This document shows, piece after piece, positions 52,664 through 64,000 of a DNA stretch of 64,000 nt; position 1 is the stretch's first letter; each line of letters starts with the position of its first letter. The notes beneath the pieces are model-generated. The model was not told the DNA's origin, made no database searches, and was given only the letters and a program-made list of their open reading frames with translations. The DNA comes from Narcine bancroftii (taxonomy: Eukaryota), in the NCBI RefSeq assembly GCF_036971445.1, contig NC_091471.1, positions 185,628,001 to 185,692,000 of the forward strand, in the 5' to 3' direction. Made by a program: the position numbers and the translations under genes.

Positions 52664-53183
52664 ATCTTGGTTAATATGGTTTATAGTGTGAAAAATAAAA
52701 ATTTTAAAAAAATAAATAAATTGTGCACGACACCGCAACCAACTTTCTCACGTTGTCTATAAATTGTCCGCTATTGCTATTTATTGCTAGCACTTTCTCT
52801 GTCTTCTGCTGCAACTTTCCCATGGCAAAGTTTATATCTTCATTTTAATCTTTTCTTCTTTCATGTTCCTGCAGTCACTCGGAAACTTGGGTCATTTCTG
52901 TCATAGAAAGCAATTGCCTTTTTTACACTTGCCTGATTGCAATGCCAGCGTCTGCAGTTGCTGGGTATTGCACTAGAGGCTGAGCTAGTCTATCCCTGGC
53001 ATGAGACGATTTTCATTCCACTCTTGTCCCTTTTTAGATCGATTGGCAGTTAATTCCAAGGATCACTTGCAAGTGTGAAAGGGGCTACTTTAATAGCACA
53101 CCCTGGCCTGTGACTTACTGTAATACTGCACCCTGCACTCTGTGACTCACTGTAACACTGCACCCTGCACTCTATTACTTACT

Positions 53184-53936
53184 AGGTCTTTTTATAGAGG
53201 AAAAAAAAGTGAATGTAAAGGTGGATATTGTCCACCTTTACATTGCTTCACCTACTTTTATAAAAACGCCGATGGCAGATGCTGGATGCGTACTCCAAAT
53301 CTTCCAGGGGGGTAGTCCCGAAGGTGAAGCAAATTGCTCCACCTCGCTCCATAAAGGCAATTCAACAAAATGCGGCTGCTTAGACACGGGCTTATGACGT
53401 CGCGATGACGCTGTCAGCCTGCGACCCAGGAACCACCACCAGGGCTCCCATGGTGATTGGTGCTGAGGTTTAGGGCTCTCTCCTGCCACCTAGAAATGTT
53501 CCCTTCCTGTTCTCCCTCCATCCCTCACCAAGTTGCGGAGACCAAGGAGCAGGAGGGCAGCTAGGAGCCCGAGAGATTGGGAATGGACATGCAAGGTGAG
53601 GGGGAGTGGGGGGGGGGGAAAGAGTCCAGCCTGAAGAGCGTGAAGGCCCAGTGGGGCAAGGAGAGTCAGAGCCCACTGTGCCACCAGAGCCTCAGATTTT
53701 ATAACGAGATCCTATTTTTGTTTTAATGCGGGATCAATGCCCATCTTCATTACCCATAATCGGTGCTACTGCACCAATCATCCCGCCTCCTTCAGCTCCA
53801 GAGGACGGCTCCAGATGCCATTCTCTATAAAAGCAATGCTGAAGCAGCCTTATAGGGCTTCTCAATAAAAGGTAAGTCCACGTTTTTCTTTCCTCGTTGA
53901 GGCAGCCTCAATGTGGCAACGCTCTATAAAAAGGCT
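53184..53936. mobile_element. MITE family D
   Basis: ACT|aggtctttttatagag...ctctataaaaaggct|ACT. Confidence 0.75.
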
Positions 53937-55435
53937 ACTGTAATACTGCACTCTGTATTCTGTGACTCACTGTAACACCACACCGTGCCACGTGACTCAC
54001 TAGAGATTTTACGCAGCTGCTTCGTTCCAGGATATTTGCTGCTTTTTTACATTAGGCCTTCTGTGTAAAAAGCACTGTCATGGAATGGTTGGGGGGTTCG
54101 AGTCCCAGCTTTTATCCAGCAGCAGAGGTAGTAACAGTGCCAGAAAGCCAACTGTGTAAAAGGGGAATCCAGCATTCTGAGACCATCTCAGGTAAGAATG
54201 TGTATGCATACTGTAGCCACTGATGTTGCAGTGAGTAATTTGAGAGGAGAGAGTAACGAGTTGTAGTTTAGAGGCAGTTCAAAAATTGTTTTTTTTTACA
54301 GACGCACGCAACCTTTTTAAAAACCCTGAGTCACGTGCCCCAATAATGTCAACACGCCATGGTATCATAATGTTCGGCAGCTGGATGGCTGGAACTTGCA
54401 GTGCCACTACATGCCCTACCCCCCCACCAGAACCAGCTCAGAAAGGTCCAGTTCATTTGTTTTTGGCAGCCAGCCACGCCGTGGAACTGTTGTGCAAGTT
54501 TTAACCAGTCCACTGTGAACGTTTGAGGTTGTTCCCCAATGTCTAAGACACATGTTGTCCTACAGCTTCACAGCATTTTATATGGTCCTCTGTAAGGTGT
54601 TTGTAGGGGTGATCCGTGTATGCCCCTGTGGACAAAAATATACTCACAATCTTTGAGTTCCTTGGGAATGAAGGAAGATTGTGTGCCATGTCCAGAAGCT
54701 GGTATGGGAGCCAGTTTGCCTACCAACTCCTGCAGCTTCCACAGTGTTACTGACAGCTGGTCTTCCTGTCCACAAGGAAATGGCACGAACTCTCTAGGGA
54801 TGACCAGAGGTGCTCCATAGACCAACTCTGCTGACGATGAATTGAGGTCTTCTTTAGGTGCTATTCTGATGCCGAGTAGCACTCAGGAAAGTTCATCTGA
54901 CTAATCTGGTCCCTGTAAGCAGGCCAATAAGTGCTGTCTTCAGGTGTCTATGGAATCATACCACCATACTGTGGACTGTGGATGATAGGAGCTGTGTTCT
55001 TAGGAGTTTAGATAAAGTACTCCAGATGGCAGAGGTAAACTGCAGACCTTTGTCCGAAATGACGTGCAAACAGAGAGACCAGGATAACACAAAAACTCTG
55101 GCGCACGACTCAGTTGAAGTATCGACCATGGGAACTGCCTTTGGCCACCTAATAAACCTGTTGATGATGGTGAATAAATATTGGAATCCCCTAGACACTG
55201 GGATTGGGCCGATAATATAGACATGTACATGGTCGAATCTGCACTTTGGCAGTTCGAATGGCTGGAGCGGAGCTTTTACATGCTTAGACTTCTGGCAGTC
55301 CACGCACATCCTCGCCAAGTGAGTGATGTCTTTCTTCAGGGAGTGCCAGACAAATTTATCAGATACTAGGCAGGCTGTTGACCTAATGGAGGGATGTGAT
55401 AGGTCGTGAATGGCGTCAAAAATGTGGCGCCTCCA

Positions 55436-56330
55436 AATTTAGGATCAACTGACAATAGCTTTTTGATACGAGATACTTTAAAGGCATACCAACAAGGACA
55501 AATCATTTCATTCACAAAAAATATTAAAGAGAGTTTCATGCCGAAGTGAATAAATTGGAGAAAGAAATAGGAGAATTAGAAAAAGAATATCAAATGGGGG
55601 AACAAGACAAATATAGAACAATGGAAAATAAGAAAATTCAATTTAACACTTTACAACATACAGAGCAGAAAATAGAATATTAAACACAAAACAGAAATAT
55701 TTGTATTAGGAGAAAGGCCACACAAAATATTGGCATGGCAATTGAAGGCTGAAGAATCAGCAAGAGCTATAACTGCTATACAGAAGGAAAACAATACAGT
55801 CACATATAACCAGAAAGAAATAAATGAAACATTCAGACATCATAAAAATTTATATAAATCTGACTCACTGAATTTCTAGATCGTATGGAACTCCTGAAAC
55901 TGAATGGTAATGATAGACAAGAATTGGATTTAAATTTCAATAGGGAGGAAACTGAGAAAGCATTAGGAACTCCTCAAGCTAATAAAGCCCCAGGCGAAGA
56001 TGGATTTCCACTCAAGTTTTACAAAGAATTTAAAGATTTGTTAATGCCGTCATGCATGGACGTAATCGCAAGCAGTAGAAACACAGACATTGCTGGACTC
56101 TTTCTCAATGGCAATAATTACTGTGTTACCCAAACAGAATAGAGATCCATTTAAAACTTCTTCCTTTCGACCAATATCTCTATGAAACACAGATTATAAA
56201 ATAATAGCAAAAGCACTGACGAACAGGTTTGGACAGTATTTACCCAGGTAAACTGACTATTTTATTTATGTAAAATAGATATATTTGATATATATTTGAA
56301 AACCAAAAATAAAATATTTAAAAAAAAGAA
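55436..56330 (+). mobile_element. Decayed L1 ORF2 internal fragment with A-rich end, inserted in Gypsy 2
   Basis: HKILAWQLK, KAPGEDGFP..FYK, RPISL motifs homologous to the 27959-30465 ORF2. Confidence 0.8.
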
Positions 56331-57688
56331 AATGTGGTATGGTTGTCTTGTGGAGACATCACAAAGTAGTGTATTGCCCTGTGGTCAGAAAGCCAAGTTC
56401 TGGAGCTGCAGGTTTGTAATGGCCATCTTGCAATCAGGTATCTCTGCTGTTGTGCCTTTGCCAGGGTGAAATAGTCAACACCTTGGAAAAGTGCGCATTG
56501 TTGTTGAAAAGCAGCATGGGAGAGAGCATTAGCCATCACATTCCTTTTTCTGGAGGTGTGGTCTATCTTGGTAGAGAACTCTGAAATGTAGTATAAGTGA
56601 CGTTGCTGACAGGCTGACTAAGGGTCTGAAGCTTTATCGAAAGTGAAAATCAATGCTTTATGGTCTGTAAAGACTGTAAAGTTTCTGCCCTCGAGGAAGT
56701 ACCAATAGTGCCCGATCACCAGCAGCTTCTTATCTGTGTGGCAGTGTTGGCTGAAGAATGCTAGTGGCTTCCATTGTTTGCTCATGTATTGTTCTAGCAC
56801 TCTTCTTCCGGCCATGTCAGATGCATCTGTTGATAAGGCAGTTGGTGTGTCCATACACAGGTGACTCAGCATGGTTGTGCTTGCTAGTGCATTTTTAGTC
56901 TCCCGAAAGGCACTTGTAGTTGTCTCCATCCAGCAAAGTTCCTTTTTACCTGTGACATCAGGTCAAAAAGAGGTTTCATGACATGTCGCAGCAGGAACGA
57001 AACGGTGGTAAAAATTTGCCATCCCAAGGAACTCTTGGAGACCCCTGAGCATTGATGGCTTTGGAAATCTCGAGATGGCCTCCACTTTAGTGGGTAACTG
57101 AACCACACCCTTGCATGTGATTCTGTGTCCCAAGAATTTGATGGTTGACTGTCTGCACTGGGATTTTGCTGGATTAACTGTGAGCCCGAACTCTCGCAAG
57201 CGGCTAAGGAATAAACGCAGGTGCTTTGACTGTTCTTCATGGGTGTGGCTGGCGGTGAGATGTCATCTAAGTAGATGAAAATGAAGTCCATGCCACACCC
57301 CACTGCGTACATCAGGCACTGAAATGTTTGCACAGCATTTTTCAGTCCGAAGGGCATCCACAAAAATTCAAATAAGCCACGTCTTCTGGGTTAACAGGGA
57401 TTTGGTGGTAATCATGCACCAAATCTATTTTTGAGAAAATCCTGGCCCCGTAAAGATTTGCCATAAAGTCTTGTATGTGGGCCACAGGATAGCGATCTGC
57501 TGTTGTTGCGTCCTTTAGCCATCTGTAATTGCAGCAGGGTCTCCAGCCTCCCATGGCTTTGGGCACCATATGCAATAGTGATGCCCATGGGCTATCTAAC
57601 CTACTTATAATGCCTAACTCTATTTCAGCAAACCTCTGCTTCACAAGGCGCAACTTTTCAGGCGGCAGTCAACAAGCTCTGGCATATA

Positions 57689-58425
57689 ATTGGTTACACA
57701 GGCTATATATCACGCCCCAAAAGTTAAATAAATGGGACCCAACAGTATCAGATACATGTTTTCAATGTAAGAAGGAAACGGGAACAACAGTACATGCAAT
57801 TTGGGCATGTGAGAAAGTGGAAAAGTTTTGGGAAGATCTAAATCAGGTATTAAATAAAATCACAAACAATCCAGAGATCTTTCTTCTAAGTAATATAAGA
57901 AGTTAAGAAGTAGGCCTCAAACTGGATGAAGCACAAAAAAAAATTATTATGATAGCCTTCGCGGTAGCAAAAAAATAAGTAATGTCAACTTGGAAATCAG
58001 AAGAGCCTGAGAGTACAGCAATGGTACACAGAAATGAATAAATGTATTCCATTGGAAAAAATAACATATAATTCAAAAAATAAAGTCACATTATTTGAAC
58101 AAATTTGGGAACCGTACATGGAACACAACAGAGAGGACCTACCGCGGTCCTCCACCCCCGAAAATGATAGAATGAGAAGACGACAAAATGAACTGACCCA
58201 GTGTGTAAAAGTAGATGACACAATTTTCTTGTTTATTTTCATTGTGTGATGACATTGTTTAATGTTTATTGTATTGTATATGTTGAACCTTTAATGGGTT
58301 GGGAAGGAGGGAGGGAAGGGAGGGGGGGGAAAGGGGAGAAAATGACATTGTGCACATTCAAGAGGGAAATGTTTGTGTGTATTTTGGTTAATATGGTTCA
58401 TAGTGTGAAAAATAAAAAATTATAA
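57689..58425 (+). mobile_element. 5'-truncated L1 3' end inserted in Gypsy 2
   Basis: Cys-rich C-terminus (CFQCKKETGTTVHAIWAC), G-rich 3'UTR, A-rich tail; 18-bp TSD AACAAGCTCTGGCATATA at 57671-57688 and 58426-58443. Confidence 0.9.
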
Positions 58426-60629
58426 AACAAGCTCTGGCATATACAGGCAGTCCTTGGGTCAAAATATGGTGGCTCACACAATGTTTCGCAGTAGCAGTGG
58501 AGAACTGGGGAGTGACGACGTTAGCAAAGTCTTCGAGGATTCTGGCAAATTCATTCTTTGTACTTTCAAGGGCGTGCGACTGTGGGGCAGGTAACCTTGA
58601 ATCTCCGAGGTGGAAGGTTTGGTAAGTCGTACTGTCCACCAAGTGGCTCCCTTTCATATCTAGCATTAGGGTTTGGGCACAGAGGAAGTCTGCTCCCAGC
58701 AACATTCAGGGCAAGAATGAACCTCCATGTAAATTTGCTGCTGTTGAATTTCACAGCCACAATCCTTGACCTGTATGCACAAATAGTGCTGTTATTTACA
58801 ACTGTGGGATTGGGACCTGCTTCTCTGGTATGAGTGTCGAACCCTGAAGAAGGACACTAATCTCTGAACCAGTGTCTACTAGGAATTTTCATCTTGAGAG
58901 CTCAATCCAGACATAAAGCAGGCTATTTTGGTGGCCAGCCATTATCGACAGCTGGCCTGGGAGTTTCCCAAGAAACCACAAAGAGGAGGCATTTGGAGGC
59001 ACCAGCACCCCACAACGTTGGTGATAGAAGCACCAACTGCTAGTCTCTGAGTCACATCTGTCCAGTGGAGACTGTGTTCTCATCATTGGGACTCGAAGGT
59101 TCAGTGCCTTGGGCGTAACGCGCATTTATTTTGGTGGGCTTCACACCCTGCTGCTTCGTACACCACAGGATGTCTGCCTGCTTGAGGGTTGTTGAAATCT
59201 TCATTGGTTAGCATGAGGCAGATGTCTACTGGCAAATGCTCTAGAAATAGCTGTTCAAAGAGCTAACACGGCTTGTGGCCATCCACCAGTGGCAACATGT
59301 TACCCGAAAGCTCTGTAGGGGCGTGATCTCTCAAGTTATTGATGTAGAGGAGCCACACAGCTTGCTCAGGCCTGGAGAGCTTATAAATACGCAAGAAGAG
59401 TGCTTTCAGTGCCTCATACTTGCTGTGCAGTGGTGGTTCCTGAAGGAAATCCACAACGTGACCGGCTGTGTCCTGGTCCAAGGCACTCACCACACATGGT
59501 AATATTTGGTGGCATCGGATTACTATTTTTCTGATGTGGAATTGTGCCTCTGCCTGTCCGAACCAAACTTTAGGTTGCAATATTCAGAAGACAGACAGTT
59601 CGAGGGATACTGCTGTGCTCTCCATCACTGGTCCAAAATTTTGTTTTTGGCCCACTGGGGTCACCAATTGTAGCTACTGATGTCGCAGTGAATAATTCGA
59701 GAGGAGAGAATAACAAGCCACAGTTTAGAGGAAGTTCAAACAAAACTGTTTTACTTTACAGACACAACCTTTTTAAAACCCCGCATCACGCACCCCGATG
59801 ATGTCTCTGCTTTGTGATTCATTGGCGTTTGGCAGCTGGTTCGCTGGAACTCGTAGTGTGGCTACAATACCGTATTTTGTAAAAAATGTATTTATGGGTA
59901 AGCATTTAAAACATGCAAGTAGGACAACAGGAAAAATCTTTTTTAGTAATAAATACCGCTATCCCGCTCTCTCCTGGCGGCCTGCAATTATACAGCAAAG
60001 GTAAAAGGCAGAGTCGATCTAGCTGATAGCGAGTAGTTCACTAGGGAATACCTGACCAGCAGGCACTTGGGGTTTATCCTATTTCGGATGTCTATGCATG
60101 CTCCCATAAATGCAGACTTCTGAAATGAGCTGTAGATGAAATGCCTGGAGCTGAAGATAAAATGAGCTGGTGATGAAATAGTGATACATCCTCTACGAGT
60201 CTCACTGTTTTGTTAGGTGTGTTGCTGTGAGGAGAATGAGAGATGATTTCATTCATAAGTACATAGTTCATGGTTTTGACAGATGTGGGATGGCTGTTGG
60301 TCTTTCAGAATAGGGCTTGAATAAGATAAAAAGTATTTATCAACGGGTACTGAATCTGGAACACTACAGAAGAAGGATGTGAATACACGGCTACTGAAAG
60401 TATTCAAGACAGTCACTGACAGACCTTCAGATATTAAGGGAGAGTGTTAAGAAGTGGCAGTATAATAAAAATCCAACACCCACAATGAATCCACCACTCC
60501 ACTCTCAGCTTGTGCTGTGAGTCAGCTGGTATGTGGGTTTGACCTAGTTTGAACAGTCTGCCACCGTCTGCCCCCCCCCCACCCTGCCCTGACAGCCCAC
60601 CACTGAGCCCCCCCCAATGATAGATAGTG

Positions 60630-60920
60630 GTGAATAGTAAGGGATTACTTAAGGTGGTATGTGAATGGAAAGAAAAAATTTGAAAATCACTGTTTTAATC
60701 ATACCTAATTGACTCCTTATGTGCACTGTTTCATACCTCCAAAGAAAATGGGCTAACGACAATTTTTCTCAACCACAATATTTCAGTAACAATTGGGTCT
60801 AGAGCTATGGTTCTCAACCTTTTTTTCTCAAACCAACTTAAGTAATCCTTTACTAATCACAAAGCACCTATGGCATAAGGTGGTATGTGAGTGGAAAGAA
60901 AAAGTTTGAAATCTACTGAA
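60630..60920. mobile_element. hAT-like MITE remnants with duplicated terminus
   Basis: aaggtggtatgtga.tggaaagaaaaa.tttgaaa...actg occurs twice (about 60651 and 60878). Confidence 0.5.
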
Positions 60921-61921
60921 GTAGATCAATACTTGCAGTAGATTTTCCCATGCTCTTTTATAAATTGTTGTGTGCTGTGTGTTAATAACAGTAACGTTTG
61001 ATTGGAAACCCTTCTGTCCAGACTTGTTTCTCTCGAACCTGACACTTTCTCAACACAACAACAATGAACAGTGTGGGGACCGACAGCAAACTGCTGGGAG
61101 AGTATCCTGACAGGCCCGCCACCAGCACATAGGACAGATAGCGGTGATGCTAGTGAGCCACACAGCAGCAATGATCACTGTTGACATTACTCACCATTAT
61201 CACCCTAATTTCAACTTTGCATACAAGACTGGGGTAATATTTTTGAGCCATTTGTTGAGAAACAGTGCGTCTAACATGCCATCAAATAAGGTATGTTGTA
61301 CATGACACTAGATGTCCTGCTTCTTTTGCTCCTAGAATGCTGGCTAAACAGATCATTCAGTCCCACACACCCCATATCCCTTTAAAACTTTCCTGTCCAT
61401 GTCCTAGTCTTAACGTCTTTTACACGTTACTATTGACCCTGCTTCTACCACTTCCTCTGGCAGCTTGTTCCATATACCTGCCACCCACTGTGTGAGAAAG
61501 GTGCAGTCCTCATGGAGAATAAAAACCTTATACATTTCAGTACTGAGAATCCTCACAGCTGTACTGTTGATATTTTAGCTCCAGGCCACACCACTGAGAC
61601 ATAATATCTGATCATTAAAATATTGCTTTGTGCCAATGGCTGCTGTAATTCATCCAATATTATGTGGCTCAACTTTAAAAAGTACCTCAATGTCTGAACA
61701 GCACATTTGGATCAAGTGCTATGGGAATGGATAATTTCCTTCCTCATCCCTCATCCAACCTTGGGAAAACTACTCAGTTTAATATTTCACATCACCTGTA
61801 CTAACATCTCTTTGACATTCAAACATTCAACAGCTTTATCTTATTTCATGGCAAGAGAACAGTTATAGTCCAAGCAGTGGCTCAAGAGGACCACAGATAT
61901 TTGTTATTGAAAGATCCATAC

Positions 61922-62066
61922 CAATGGAAGCCCAGGAAGGGGCCTGCCAGATATCATTAAGTTGCCAGTACAATGTGCCCATTGTCAAACCTCGCCCATC
62001 AGTGACTTCACTCCGACTCCGCCGATAGAATTCCGTCTGCACTTTTATGCACTGGGCCTGCATCAC
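61922..62066 (-). CDS. MANBA: Beta-mannosidase exon (GH2 catalytic barrel)
   Basis: [20 protein letters not shown]...[20 protein letters not shown]; acag/gtatgg boundaries; joins in phase to 27440. Confidence 0.95.
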
Positions 62067-62764
62067 CTGTTTGCAAAGGAGAACACTTTTAACACCTCAA
62101 TGTTGTCAAATCAAGAGATTCAGTCACAAGTTCAAAGTAGCCTCAATCTACAAAAAACTGTCAGCTCCCACTAAAATAGTTCTGTTTATCAGCACAGGGA
62201 CACAATTCATATCCAGCCTGCAAAAGGGTTAAGGGCTGTGAGGGAAAGAAGGGTTTGATTGATGTGGAGTAAGTTTATAGAAATAAACCTACATAAAAAA
62301 AGATCAATCTGCCTGCACTGTGCTGTAAACAAGCCCATGTGCAGTGCAAAGGTGATCTGGCTTCTTCAGGGCAGTCCCACTATTTGCTAATTAGCATGCA
62401 CCCAGCTGTGGAAAAAACTGTCAGTTCCCCAGGCTTTGCTCAGCCACCCCTGTTATGGCTTGTTCAGGATTAAGCCCCACTACAGGCAACAAAGAATTGA
62501 GATTCATAATTGGTTGGAACTTTATGCAACCAAATTAGCAAAGGAATTGATATGACCATTTCAATTCTGACAAAACTACAGAAAAGCCTGCTGGGAAAGC
62601 CTGATATTCTCACTTTCATGATTTTCTTTCTGAACACAATATACCAATGAGTGTTGAGATCTGACTCACAGTGTGACAAATCACTTTAACTTGTGTTTCT
62701 AATGCAATCTCAGAAACCAATTCTGTATTTACAATTCTGATAACAGAAATAAGGCCAAGATCAG

Positions 62765-63160
62765 CCAAAGCTACAGAAGGCAGTGAATACAGCTCAGAAC
62801 ATCACGCAAACTTCCCTCCCTTCCATGGATTCCACCTGCATGTTTTGCTACCTACGAAAAGCAGTCAACATACTGAAGGACCCATCACACCTCAGACACA
62901 CTCTCTTCTCCCTCCTGGCGAAGGCTCAAGAATGTGAATCATGCACCATTATATTTAAAAACAGTTTGTTCCCTGAAACCTTAGGGCTCCTGAATGAACT
63001 CCACAATATCTCCTTGCTTTGTACTAATTGATTTTTCTCATTAAAGCTCTACATTCTGTGACTGCTCTGTTTCCTACTTTACATAGTTGTATGCATGTTA
63101 GAGTTGACCTGTTAGACTACCCTTCTCACAGTACCACACATAATGTGCCAAATAAACTTG
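62765..63160 (+). mobile_element. Rex1/Babar-like LINE 3' fragment
   Basis: VNTAQNITQTSLPS...KAVNILKDPSH..H.LFSLL...FKNSLFP motif. Confidence 0.65.
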
Positions 63161-63235
63161 AGCTTAGGAATTTCTAAACACAAACTTACTCTGCTACATC
63201 ACAGTAACAGTTCTAACAAGAGTCGATGTTTTTAC

Positions 63236-63400
63236 CTGAGTAAGGTAAAGTGTGTTTTTGAAGTTTTGCAGGGAATCCTCTCCTTGTGGAAGTTTAAAGT
63301 GAAATTGGATTTGGTTCAGCAGTATCTCGTTGCCAGCAGACAGATGCTGTCGGTGATCAACAAAGGAACTATTGAATTTCCAGTCTTCAGCAGAAGAAAT
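63236..63400 (-). CDS. MANBA: Beta-mannosidase exon
   Basis: ISSAEDWKFNSSFVDHRQHLSAGNEILLNQIQFHFKLPQGEDSLQNFKNTLYLTQ; attag/gtaaaa boundaries. Confidence 0.9.
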
Positions 63401-63829
63401 CTAATCAACAAAAGGTAGGAATGTCAAATGCACATGATTTTCCTCCCTGATGCAACATTTTCCCAATCTCCTGATCACTCCTCTGCTTTAAAATGCTCAG
63501 ATTAAAATTTGTGGCGAGACCAATTTTTCCTTTGATATAAAAACTTTTAAATAAAGGAAAAAAAAGATTTTCCAACCAGTTAGCAATAGAATAGCCTAAA
63601 TGGGATCAGAATCTCTTCATTCGCCTCTTTTCATTAAACCATTAAGGGGAACCATTGATCAGAGGGCTCAAGGCCCAACCTTGAACCAGTGGCAAATTCA
63701 GTCTCAGACCTCAGCCAGGACAACTAATGCCACAATCTTATCAGACAATTTAATGTTAATATCAAGACTCAAGGAATGGCAGATAGATGCTGGAATCCAG
63801 GGCATAAAACAATCTGCTGGATCAACGGC

Positions 63830-64000
63830 AATGGTCAGGGATGACATTACATATAGGTTGGCTCATGAGATTGTATGAGTGGAGTTGAGGGGAAAAAGAG
63901 AGATCATCACCTTGTTGGGAGTGCAATACAGGCCCTCAAATAGTCAATGGGAATTAGGGGAGAAAATATCCCATCATAGTAGGGAATTTTAACTTTCTAA
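63830..64000 (+). mobile_element. CR1 APE fragment
   Basis: VELRGK...LLGV.YRPSNS remnant running off the window end. Confidence 0.55.

Larger units (their letters stand above)
42524..53086. mobile_element. MITE family B copy (about 1 kb) expanded by nested Gypsy, CR1, L1-tail and RTE insertions
   Basis: TIR AGCCCCTTTTACACTTGC / GCAAGTGTGAAAGGGGCT (17 of 18 match), flanked by AGT and ACT. Confidence 0.8.
38345..54001 (+). repeat. Interrupted 32-bp minisatellite, consensus AACACCACACCCTGCACTCTGTGACTCACTGT
   Basis: Unit blocks at 38345-38442, 39360-39388, 39814-39846, 40567-40600, 41890-41986, 42373-42523, 53087-53183 and 53937-54001. Confidence 0.85.
54212..59866 (-). mobile_element. Second Gypsy/Ty3 LTR retrotransposon, decayed
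   Basis: LTRs 54212-54411 and 59669-59866 (TG...CA); ATAC TSD; PBS TGGTGACCCC (tRNA-Trp-like); PPT at 54413-54428; gag (WFGQAEAQF), RT (SPWAS.LHMVPK, MPFGLKNA, YLDD), RNase H (TDASD), integrase remnants. Confidence 0.92.

Noticed and set aside
38345-54001. CRISPR array (32-bp repeats separated by unique sequence)
   Set aside because: Vertebrate intron, no cas genes, repeats are directly tandem and degenerate, and the spacers are 0.4-10 kb TIR elements

Overview
Eukaryotic vertebrate genomic DNA; the repeat repertoire suggests a cartilaginous fish such as a ray or skate (inference). Two spliced genes converge tail-to-tail. The last 12 coding exons of NFKB1/p105 lie on + (812-18034): end of the glycine-rich region, ankyrin repeats, death domain and the DSGVETS degron. 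The last 5 exons of MANBA (beta-mannosidase) lie on - (63400-24785). All exons have GT-AG boundaries and join in frame. Introns and the intergenic gap are dense with transposons: CR1, Penelope, Rex1-like, RTE, L1, a DIRS tyrosine-recombinase element with its internal complementary region, two Gypsy LTR elements and several MITEs. The most unusual structure is in the 34.5-kb MANBA intron: a 32-bp minisatellite (38345-54001) split about eight times, mostly at the same ACT of the unit, by several families of AG...CT-terminated inverted-repeat elements, which are themselves hosts of nested retroelements. Also notable is a young L1 with an intact 5' end, no 3' end or poly(A), and a 16-bp target-site duplication. 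All coordinates were read by eye; transposon family calls rest on motif recognition, not database searches.
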